IMG/VR virus record: IMGVR_UViG_3300044568_006268 | Location: 109,488-129,487 of that record | DNA from: an uncultured virus (IMG/VR IMGVR_UViG_3300044568_006268) | Taxonomy: Duplodnaviria > Heunggongvirae > Uroviricota > Caudoviricetes | Length of the DNA stretch: 20,000 nt | Direction: 5' to 3' (one strand) | In this document: in pieces, positions 7,479 through 14,699 of the stretch | How positions within the stretch are numbered: the stretch's first letter is position 1 | How the letters are laid out: each line of letters opens with the position of its first letter | The notes under the pieces: generated by a model | The model's database searches: none | What the model was told of the DNA's origin: nothing | Seen by the model: only the letters and a program-made list of their open reading frames with translations | Made by a program: the position numbers and the translations under genes

Positions 7479-7682
7479 TTATTTCTTTTGTTCTAAGCCA
7501 TCACTATAAGCCCAACGAATAGCTGAAAATACATCAGCAGCTAAAGGAGAATTAAATGTCGAACCTTTCATTGACAACCCGAATTTCTTAAATTGTTTAA
7601 ATGCCTGAATAGCATATTCTCTCGCTTCATCATCACCGGAAGATTCAATTAAATACTCGTCGTATGTTGGTAAGTTTTTCAT
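7479..7682 (-). CDS. Leader-tagged small hypothetical protein (first gene of the array)
   Basis: Leader MKNLPTYDEYLIE. Confidence 0.75.
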   Translation of the reverse strand: MKNLPTYDEYLIESSGDDEAREYAIQAFKQFKKFGLSMKGSTFNSPLAADVFSAIRWAYSDGLEQKK

Positions 7683-7701
7683 TGTAGCAACTTCTTTTTT
7701 A

Positions 7702-7710
7702 TTATGTATC
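7702..7710 (-). promoter_or_regulatory. Candidate late-promoter element GATACATA(A)
   Basis: Lies ~20 nt upstream of the first array gene; the same octamer occurs at 8208-8215 upstream of the 8105 gene; resembles the T4 late box TATAAATA. Confidence 0.35.
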
Positions 7711-7736
7711 TCAGACTCCCTCGATTAGCTATCGAA

Positions 7737-8105
7737 CTATTTCCCAGTTTTCTTCAAGTCCTGAGGCCCCGAGGAGGCTTTTTCCGCAGCCAACACCTCA
7801 ACGGCACTAATCAAATCGACGACCTCTTGACAGTCCTCGTATTCCTCCTCTTCTACTCGATGGTCTAAAATCTTACCTAAAGCCGTAATAGCATCAGTCA
7901 ATCGGATAGACACCCATACTGACGAATAAGTTTCAATACACCAGATTTCCAAACACATATCGGTCGTACTCCGGAATTCTAACATCCGCTTACACCCGAG
8001 TACAATTTGACTATGAATAAATGATTTATCTTTAATAGCATTCTCCACTTCATCCAATGTCTTACAATAGAGACGAGTCCACTTTTGTTCCTTAGTTATA
8101 ACCAT
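7737..8105 (-). CDS. Hypothetical protein with a UVR-like (UvrB/UvrC interaction) helical hairpin
   Basis: VEEEEYEDCQEVVDLI resembles the ExEEYExAAxIRD UVR motif. Confidence 0.5.
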   Translation of the reverse strand: MVITKEQKWTRLYCKTLDEVENAIKDKSFIHSQIVLGCKRMLEFRSTTDMCLEIWCIETYSSVWVSIRLTDAITALGKILDHRVEEEEYEDCQEVVDLISAVEVLAAEKASSGPQDLKKTGK

Positions 8106-8228
8106 GTTCTACCGATGATTAAACCTGTCAGCAACCCTGCTAGATAGGTAATTAACATGAGCCTAATCCAGAAAGAAGGCGTTTTTACTTTTATGTGTAT
8201 CATATTATATGTATCGCATTACAACTGA

Positions 8229-8609
8229 TTAAGATGAGCAAGCGGTGTAGTACATGATACAAATAACAACCGCATGTAAGAATTGGTCGAATCCAAATAA
8301 AATCCAATGCCATTTAGAGGCTGGAGATTGTACAATTGGAAACCATACATTCATCCGACCTTTCCATAAGTCAATCAGAAAATGCGATAACAATTGAAAC
8401 ATAACCAAATTAAACCAAAGGGCGAAGGTCATCTGACCAAATGCTAATACAATAGCCATGAGGGTAGCATGAACGGCAGCATGGGCAAAGATAGGGAGTA
8501 GAGGCTTACCGACAGCTTTAGCATTAAGCATCCAAGAGGTCGATAACCAAGTAAAGTCAGCTAAAAAGTGACAGAAGAAGAGGGCAATAAGTAAGTAGCA
8601 ATTATCCAT
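8229..8609 (-). CDS. DUF3307-like membrane protein
   Basis: HFLADF, HAAVH, HFLID and DQFLH conserved-His motifs within hydrophobic helices. Confidence 0.8.
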   Translation of the reverse strand: MDNCYLLIALFFCHFLADFTWLSTSWMLNAKAVGKPLLPIFAHAAVHATLMAIVLAFGQMTFALWFNLVMFQLLSHFLIDLWKGRMNVWFPIVQSPASKWHWILFGFDQFLHAVVICIMYYTACSS

Positions 8610-8629
8610 AGAGTATTAATTTATAGTAA

Positions 8630-8656
8630 TTATATGAAGGCGCCGCGGATGAGTTT
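8630..8656 (-). promoter_or_regulatory. Class-II repeated promoter-like motif AAACT-N15-CATATAA
   Basis: Same boxes and spacing at 11011-11037 and 16942-16968, each just upstream of a start codon. Confidence 0.55.
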
Positions 8657-9240
8657 CGAGGGCCACTCGAATTCCCTGAAAAAAATTTTATGACAGTGAT
8701 TTTAGGCCGAAAGTTTAACCAGTGTTAGGGTTGGGCTTTAGCCGGCCACAGATCTATTTCCAGAGCGAAAAGTGCCTGGAATTGCATGCCCACAGGGCCC
8801 GGCACAAATCCTCCGCGTCATTAACGCAACTCAGGGATCCTATGACCTGAGGCCTTTCTAGCTTCTCAAAAAGTCACCTCGGGAAAAGTTGATAGCTAGG
8901 TCACTTTCTCCACTCTCTTCGACCTCGAGCTCTCTTAGGCTACTCGCCACCTTCTCTACCCTAATCCTCCCTTCTACTCCCTCAAGGTGTAGCACCTCTA
9001 CTCTCCTACCCTACTTCTACTCTTAAGGCTACCTACCTCTCTACCCCTCTACTCTCTTAGACCTTCCTCTACTAGCTACTACACTCTTATTGCCTATTTG
9101 CCTTTCTACTACGCTACGCTTACTCTATAAAGAGAGCCTACCTATACGTATGTAATGCACTCTATACGAGAGCCTCTATCTAGTGTGTAGTGTTAGGTAG
9201 TTATAACAGGTGAAGGTGGCAAGGGTAGGGAGTGATGTAG

Positions 9241-9480
9241 GAGTACGTACACTAGGGTGGTGGTAGAGCCTCGCTACCCTACGAGTGTTGTGGACTGGTA
9301 AGGTTAGAAGGCTGCTGACTGGTACGTACCTGAGTGGCTACCTGTCTGGTACGTGTCTGAGGTGACTGCCAGGGTCAACCTGGGTGGTCCTAGACAGTCC
9401 CTGGGATGACCTAGGAGTGGTCCTGGAGGTACGTACCTGGAGTACGTGTCTAGAAGTGGTCCTAGAGTGGTCCCTGGAGA
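9241..9480. repeat. Dispersed short repeats GTACGT(ACC/GTC) and GTGGTCC(T/C)
   Basis: GTACGTAC at 9243, GGTACGTACC at 9321 and 9428, GTACGTGTCT at 9349 and 9442; GTGGTCC at 9384, 9417, 9456 and 9467. Confidence 0.75.
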
Positions 9481-9536
9481 AAGTTAATATATGGCCGTCT
9501 CGGAATGAACCTGGAGAAAGCCACTAAACCCCTCAA

Positions 9537-9566
9537 AGGCCATATATATTTGACTATATATGGCCT
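9537..9566 (-). terminator. Perfect 12-bp hairpin downstream of the DUF932-like gene
   Basis: AGGCCATATATA-tttgac-TATATATGGCCT, 26 nt past the stop at 9593; only a short U tract follows. Confidence 0.5.
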
Positions 9567-9592
9567 AAGATTCGATCAAATTAAAAAATCAC

Positions 9593-10681
9593 TTAGAATG
9601 GTTGATTTAGGACCAAATTAGCGGTATCAAAGTTTTTGGCAAGTATATCACCTGCAACCATTTGTAAGTGTGTATCAGAATTGGCTTTTTTCTCAAAGCC
9701 ATAATTATGTGATGCGAAATCAGTTACTCCATTAATGACATCCCATACTGAAACTCCTGTTCTTAGATTAGCCTTTTGTTTGGCATTTAACTTAGTAGTA
9801 TCTAAATTAGCACCATGTATTCTATTATATGTGTTTTTATGGCCTTTGAAAAACATCTCTAACTCATTTTGTTGGATATTAGAGTTATTAAGGAGTAAAT
9901 TAGCACCTTGCTCTAGCTCTAATAGTGAGGCAGGAGTATTAATAGCTTCAATAACCTTTTGGTTAAATGCGGTAGGTACGAAATTCATTTTTTCGATACG
10001 TTCCATATGCTCATAAAATTCTTGCCATGTTCTTGCATCCATACTACGAAGATTGAAGGACTCATCGAATGCTCTTAAGACATTACCATTTGTACATACT
10101 AGACGGTCCATATAAGGGTCAGCCTGGAGTCCATTTGCCGTTCTGGCCAAAGATATACCAGTTTGAAATACCTCATTGGATAGGTTTTCCACTTGGTGTT
10201 GATTACCTTGACCATTAATTGCTCTTATATAGATATTACCATTTCCTTTATTGAAATCGGTTGAGGTAATTTCCAAATTATGAGTATTGGCTAGACGTTC
10301 GAAAGTATCAAAGTATGTTTCAGCAGAGATAATGGCTGAAGCACCTTCTTTTTGTATACGTGAGATAATACGATCGGGTGTAACTGCTATAGTTACTTGC
10401 ATAGACTTGTTTTGGCCAATTGCATTTTTTAGGGAATTTAAAAACATTTGAGCTCCATCTTCACCTACTGATGAGGTAAGATTTTTTAATCCAGTTGAGG
10501 AGAATCCTACTATCTGAAGTAAGTCTTTAATAGCTTGTCGGTCGACTCCTAATTTTAGACCATTGAATTCTACTAGGTCCATAGTAATAAATCTTAAATC
10601 CGTAAGAGCAATAGTTTTTCTTAGGGGTTGATTGCGTAGGCTGGTTTCTTTGAAATTAGCGTACTGTGCTTGTGATATCAT
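9593..10681 (-). CDS. DUF932-like protein
   Basis: RLVCTNG motif and C-terminal SVWDVINGVTDFASH, typical of DUF932/DUF945 phage and plasmid proteins. Confidence 0.7.
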   Translation of the reverse strand: MISQAQYANFKETSLRNQPLRKTIALTDLRFITMDLVEFNGLKLGVDRQAIKDLLQIVGFSSTGLKNLTSSVGEDGAQMFLNSLKNAIGQNKSMQVTIAVTPDRIISRIQKEGASAIISAETYFDTFERLANTHNLEITSTDFNKGNGNIYIRAINGQGNQHQVENLSNEVFQTGISLARTANGLQADPYMDRLVCTNGNVLRAFDESFNLRSMDARTWQEFYEHMERIEKMNFVPTAFNQKVIEAINTPASLLELEQGANLLLNNSNIQQNELEMFFKGHKNTYNRIHGANLDTTKLNAKQKANLRTGVSVWDVINGVTDFASHNYGFEKKANSDTHLQMVAGDILAKNFDTANLVLNQPF

Positions 10682-10722
10682 ATTGAATGAATTTTTTTGT
10701 GTCCTGATGGACTAGTTATGTA

Positions 10723-10998
10723 TTACAGTTTCGGTGCTTCAACTTTGGTACTTGGTTTTAACTTAATAAAGTAGGATGTTTCCATCGTAGATACTCTAAT
10801 AGATTTCTGACCATTTGTTTCGTCAAATACAACTGCTTTTACCGCTTCATATCCTTTGCATAAGTCTCTTACAAGGCCGATTGCAATGATAGGTTCTTTC
10901 GCATTGTTTTGAACCAATTGTTTGATTTTGAAATACTGATCTTTTCTTAAACGGTTAGTTACTGGAACCTCATCGTTAACACTTTCTGGTCTTGCCAT
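10723..10998 (-). CDS. Hypothetical protein
   Basis: 91-aa ORF preceded by the class-II motif. Confidence 0.65.
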   Translation of the reverse strand: MARPESVNDEVPVTNRLRKDQYFKIKQLVQNNAKEPIIAIGLVRDLCKGYEAVKAVVFDETNGQKSIRVSTMETSYFIKLKPSTKVEAPKL

Positions 10999-11010
10999 AG
11001 TTTTCTTATT

Positions 11011-11037
11011 TTATATGATTAATTTGATAATTAGTTT
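11011..11037 (-). promoter_or_regulatory. Class-II repeated promoter-like motif AAACT-N15-CATATAA
   Basis: Plus strand TTATATG at 11011 and AGTTT at 11033. Confidence 0.55.
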
Positions 11038-11301
11038 TTAGTAAAAGTAGCCATTGTGAACAATTTGTATAGCTTGTTCGTATTGTTGACCGACTTTTTC
11101 TTGTCCTTCTGAACCTAAGTAAGAAGGAGTAATTTCTAAGATGCATGTTCCTTTAACAGTATCGATACTCACTAACTTTGACCTTAAGGTAGCAGAATGA
11201 TTATCTGGACCGATTTTTCCTATTACGGATTGAAGGTCGTAAGCCATTCTGTTAATAGTTTGTTGTTGGTACTCAGCGAATTTTGAATCGGACATAAACA
11301 T
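11038..11301 (-). CDS. Hypothetical protein
   Basis: 87-aa ORF directly downstream of a class-I promoter. Confidence 0.65.
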   Translation of the reverse strand: MFMSDSKFAEYQQQTINRMAYDLQSVIGKIGPDNHSATLRSKLVSIDTVKGTCILEITPSYLGSEGQEKVGQQYEQAIQIVHNGYFY

Positions 11302-11308
11302 AATATGT

Positions 11309-11392
11309 GTTTTTAATTATAAGTAAATCTAATCATTTTAGGCGAAACTAGGAAATGATTTGTGCATTATTTTCAAAAAGTTATTAACAATT
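11309..11392 (-). promoter_or_regulatory. Class-I repeated early promoter (Bacteroidota -7-like TAGATTTA plus upstream AATTGTTAATAACTTT box)
   Basis: 11309-11345 matches 11801-11837 at 35/37 nt; -7-like box at 11324-11331, upstream box at 11377-11392. Confidence 0.7.
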
Positions 11393-11494
11393 GAGAGGTG
11401 TAGCATATCGATTTAATGCTCTTAATATTTACTCGGTGAGCACCTCTCAATGTTAATTATCAGTTTACATATTGTAAGTGTTGAGGTTTACAAA

Positions 11495-11785
11495 TTATTT
11501 CACTAAGAACCTTGAAGCTCCAGTTCTTCTTGACTCAACGATTTCAGATAAAATGTTTTTGGTATTTACCACTTGTACGTAGTTTTTTCTAGCGTATAAT
11601 TGAACAAATACTTTTCTAGACATATTAATGGTTTTCTCAACGATTGCGTTGGTAGTAGTCATTTGGATTGCATTTTCGTTTAAGGCAGTAATCTCGAAAA
11701 TGTTGTTAGCACCATTACGGATAATTTGACCTTTTGCAATTGTAGCGTTGATTGTTGTTTCTGAGGTAGTGTTGATTGTTGTCAT
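11495..11785 (-). CDS. Hypothetical protein
   Basis: 96-aa ORF downstream of a class-I promoter. Confidence 0.65.
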   Translation of the reverse strand: MTTINTTSETTINATIAKGQIIRNGANNIFEITALNENAIQMTTTNAIVEKTINMSRKVFVQLYARKNYVQVVNTKNILSEIVESRRTGASRFLVK

Positions 11786-11800
11786 AATGAATAAGTTGTT

Positions 11801-11837
11801 GTTTTTAATTATAAGTAAATCTAATCATTATTGGCGA
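11801..11837 (-). promoter_or_regulatory. Class-I repeated early promoter
   Basis: Near-identical to 11309-11345; TAGATTTA at 11816-11823; the upstream box is degenerate. Confidence 0.7.
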
Positions 11838-11983
11838 TACTTGAAAATAAAAACTGTTAAATTTTTGTTAAAGTTTTGAAACTTTTTTGGTCAGCCAGAT
11901 TATCAAAAGGCAGGTAATAACACTAGCTATTACAAAGCCTAAGAATAAGCCCATGACCTGGATGGCTATAGTAAATGGATCCA

Positions 11984-12358
11984 TTAGTAGAAAAGAGATA
12001 AAAGGTTATTGTAATCCGCAGGAGTAGACACTCTAAATGTCTTCATATCTGGTACACAAGTTCCTTTATAATCATCAGTACTGTACTTAGCTTTTGCAAG
12101 TTCCATTGCCTCTTCTTTAGTGTGAGCATATTCACTGTTCCAACCTCCACCTTCAAAGTTAAATAAGAATTCGTATTTAGCTGAGGTAGCCTTTTCTAAT
12201 TGGTTGATGACGTCTTGATTTTCAGCCATTTGCTCGAGAATTTCGTTTTCCATTACATCAGATAATTCCATTACATTACACATAGCGTGCATATTAATGT
12301 TACGATTCTTAAGGATAATAATTCTTTCTAAAGCTGATTGTCTCTGTGCTTGTGTCAT
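11984..12358 (-). CDS. Hypothetical protein
   Basis: 124-aa ORF with an A-rich upstream region. Confidence 0.65.
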   Translation of the reverse strand: MTQAQRQSALERIIILKNRNINMHAMCNVMELSDVMENEILEQMAENQDVINQLEKATSAKYEFLFNFEGGGWNSEYAHTKEEAMELAKAKYSTDDYKGTCVPDMKTFRVSTPADYNNLLSLFY

Positions 12359-12482
12359 GATTATTTTATTTTGTTAAAGGTTTTATATAGTCGAAAAAAA
12401 CTCGTTTTTAAGGAAATTCTTTGATTGATATTCAAATTACCGTGAATGGTATAAAAATGCTTTAATGCCATAATGTATATTA

Positions 12483-12833
12483 TTAGTTAATGAATGATCC
12501 GTTTTCGTCGATTAGGTTTAGGTTATCTAGAGTCTCATAACCAAGAGGAGTAATGTGCATGGTTCCATAAGCATCGGGAGACCAATAAGGATTACGGGTT
12601 TTGTTTCCGTCCTTGTCGATGTTAAATTTTTTCTCACCTTCTTGGATATTGACAAGACCTTTAGTAGATAGTGAAGCGAAAACTCCACCTCTTTTACTTT
12701 TAGGTATTGAACAGGCATCGTACACTGAGAAATCCCATAAGATAGATTCTCGTCCATTTTCATAGAAATCCGAGTAAGTAATAGATTTCAGAGCAAGTAG
12801 CTCGAGGTCGGTAAGGGTGATTGGAGTTGTCAT
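12483..12833 (-). CDS. Winged helix-turn-helix-like protein
   Basis: LTDLELLALKSI...GGVFASLSTKGLV...HITPLGYETL follows the MarR-like wHTH pattern. Confidence 0.55.
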   Translation of the reverse strand: MTTPITLTDLELLALKSITYSDFYENGRESILWDFSVYDACSIPKSKRGGVFASLSTKGLVNIQEGEKKFNIDKDGNKTRNPYWSPDAYGTMHITPLGYETLDNLNLIDENGSFIN

Positions 12834-12841
12834 AACGTATT

Positions 12842-12926
12842 GTTTTAATTTGATAAGTAAAACTAATCATTTTAGGCGACAAATGGAAATGTTTCGGCAA
12901 CTATTTTTAGAAAGTTATTAACAATT
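12842..12926 (-). promoter_or_regulatory. Class-I repeated early promoter
   Basis: Plus strand ATAAGTAAAACTAATCATTTTAGGCGA (12853-12879) and AAAGTTATTAACAATT (12911-12926), with the same spacing as the 11309 copy. Confidence 0.7.
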
Positions 12927-13257
12927 TAGAGTGGCCGAAGTTGTGAAAAACCAGGTAGTAGACTAGCTGATGTTGTACTAGGGTTGATAAAAGCCACAAA
13001 AAGCCAGACGGGAGTCTAGCTGGGTGTATAAAGGTGAATCGGATTTCGCTTCGCCGGTATTGTGGGTGAGCCATTAGGCCTTTCTGGTATTGGAGTACTT
13101 TGCATTTTATTGACGACGGCGAGTATCGAACGAGCTCATCTATTACATTTTTGTCTGCTCGGTGGACTAGGAGTAATAATCTTTCATTGAAATGCTCCTC
13201 CTCGCACGGGTGCACGATAGGCACACATGTGCTGGAGTGGCTTACTTACTCGCTACC

Positions 13258-13482
13258 CTACTGCATGTTTCTAAAATCATCATCATTAGGTCCTTCTATT
13301 AGGATTCTTATTACATGATATACGAATAGGCAGATAGCTATAGGCCATAATAAGATGAGATTGATACGTTCACTATTAGACTTGATTTGATATTCTTGTA
13401 TAGCTGTAGACTTTAATATAAGTTCTGCTATGATAGAGACTATTGAGCCTATTACTAGATAGATGGAGATGTTGTATAACAT
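13258..13482 (-). CDS. Small two-helix membrane protein
   Basis: Two hydrophobic stretches, ILLWPIAICLFV. Confidence 0.6.
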   Translation of the reverse strand: MLYNISIYLVIGSIVSIIAELILKSTAIQEYQIKSNSERINLILLWPIAICLFVYHVIRILIEGPNDDDFRNMQ

Positions 13483-13531
13483 TTTTATTATTTAGTGGTG
13501 GTAGGAATTTTTATTTTGTGGCGAACGGTCG

Positions 13532-13993
13532 CTAGGATGACTTGGTAGCCGCGTTCCTGGAGAGCATTTCGTTGATAATTTTAACTTCGACTTGATGGTG
13601 GATGCTCTTCTTGTATTTAGTCGTTGACCATTTATGAGAACGGTCAACAAAGATGATTGGATTTGGTAGCTCCTTACCGGTAAATGGTTGATCGATATAA
13701 TCGTCACCTAAAAACCGGACTGATGTTGGATTGTCCTTCATCCAATTGAGAAATCCTTCTTCGGTATGATAAACTCCTATCTGGTCAACGGATCTCAATT
13801 CTAATAAGATAACAGCTCTCTCTTCGACTGAGAGTACAGGTGCTAATTTATGAGGTCTTTCTGCGGATGGGTCGACATGTATTAAGACAACGAGTTTTTC
13901 GCAATGTGCTTTCGCATCGCCAAATAACTTAATGTAACCAGGATGTATCACATCAAAGGCACCGGCTACAAAGCCTACTTCGTATTTTTTCAT
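13532..13993 (-). CDS. Cytidylyltransferase-like protein (TagD/RfaE C-terminal family, HxGH superfamily)
   Basis: GFVAGAFDVIHPGY, EERAVILLELRSVD, GDDY and RSHKWSTT motifs. Confidence 0.85.
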   Translation of the reverse strand: MKKYEVGFVAGAFDVIHPGYIKLFGDAKAHCEKLVVLIHVDPSAERPHKLAPVLSVEERAVILLELRSVDQIGVYHTEEGFLNWMKDNPTSVRFLGDDYIDQPFTGKELPNPIIFVDRSHKWSTTKYKKSIHHQVEVKIINEMLSRNAATKSS

Positions 13994-14196
13994 AGATTTC
14001 TAGCTTTTAACATGGCATCGGCTATCTTATAGCTTTCTGCGGCTCGGCTATCGTAGTTTGTTAACACTGAGCCATATTTTGCAGTAAATCCTTGCATTGC
14101 GGCTGCCGCAAAATAATCTCTTAAGGACATGCCAGAATATTCTTCTTGTACAGTATCAGCTGGAAATGCGTTAGGGTTAGGTGGTTTTGTTTCCAT
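13990..14196 (-). CDS. Conserved small phage protein (GMSLRDYFAA family)
   Basis: AFP...GMSLRDYFAAAAMQG...YKIADAMLKAR, a widespread phage/prophage motif of unknown function. Confidence 0.75.
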   Translation of the reverse strand: METKPPNPNAFPADTVQEEYSGMSLRDYFAAAAMQGFTAKYGSVLTNYDSRAAESYKIADAMLKARNL

Positions 14197-14483
14197 TAAA
14201 ATTTAATTTGATTGTTAGTAAATAGCTTTTCAGTTTGTCGAACGATGGCTTCTTCATAAGTTTCTTCTCGGTCCTTCTTCCACCATTTCGTATGTTTAAC
14301 CATTTCTCGTTTAACGATGTTTTCGTCACCTCGTTGTTCGGTTTCTAATGCGCCAAAGTTGACAAGTCCAGCTTCTAAATAGCCTAAATGTGCATATAGA
14401 GCAGGAGTGCCCATATGGTCTCTTTTGGTTTTGAGTGTATTATAGCAATATTGCAAGTGGCTGAGAGTAAGTTTATTCTCCAT
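14196..14483 (-). CDS. Hypothetical protein
   Basis: 95-aa ORF with TAATG coupling. Confidence 0.6.
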   Translation of the reverse strand: MENKLTLSHLQYCYNTLKTKRDHMGTPALYAHLGYLEAGLVNFGALETEQRGDENIVKREMVKHTKWWKKDREETYEEAIVRQTEKLFTNNQIKF

Positions 14484-14486
14484 AAT

Positions 14487-14696
14487 TTATTTCTTGTTAG
14501 CGGGTTCGAATGTTGACGTATACCAATTTTTGTCGTATAAACCTTTTGGCCATTCTTTTGATTCGATTACAACACCTTGAAATTCTTTACTCGAGTAGTT
14601 GCAGGTAGTTTCAGTACACATAATTATAGTGTTACCTGATTTGTTTGTGTATAATTCTCCTTTTAGGAAAACTTTTCTTTCTATAAAATCTTCCAT
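14487..14696 (-). CDS. Hypothetical protein
   Basis: 69-aa ORF, tightly packed. Confidence 0.6.
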   Translation of the reverse strand: MEDFIERKVFLKGELYTNKSGNTIIMCTETTCNYSSKEFQGVVIESKEWPKGLYDKNWYTSTFEPANKK

Positions 14697-14699
14697 ATC

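Larger units (their letters stand above)
8640..9570. other. GC-rich non-coding island with strand-asymmetric repeats; candidate origin, terminus or packaging region
   Basis: No ORF in the track; hairpins at 8650-8900; C/T-rich CTAC/CTCT arm ~8900-9180; G-rich arm ~9180-9480. Confidence 0.55.

Noticed and set aside
1..7682. Shared leaders as Sec/Tat or lipoprotein signal peptides
   Set aside because: They are acidic and amphipathic, with no hydrophobic core, twin-Arg or lipobox.
9241..9480. Possible CRISPR mini-array
   Set aside because: Repeats are only 7-12 nt, irregularly spaced, with no constant repeat-spacer period and no cas genes in the window.
11390..11451. Possible tRNA
   Set aside because: No TTCG T-loop or cloverleaf geometry, and too short.
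12907..13224. 105-aa minus ORF in the GC-rich tract
   Set aside because: GTG start, no A-rich leader, runs through a promoter box, and codon content unlike neighbouring genes.
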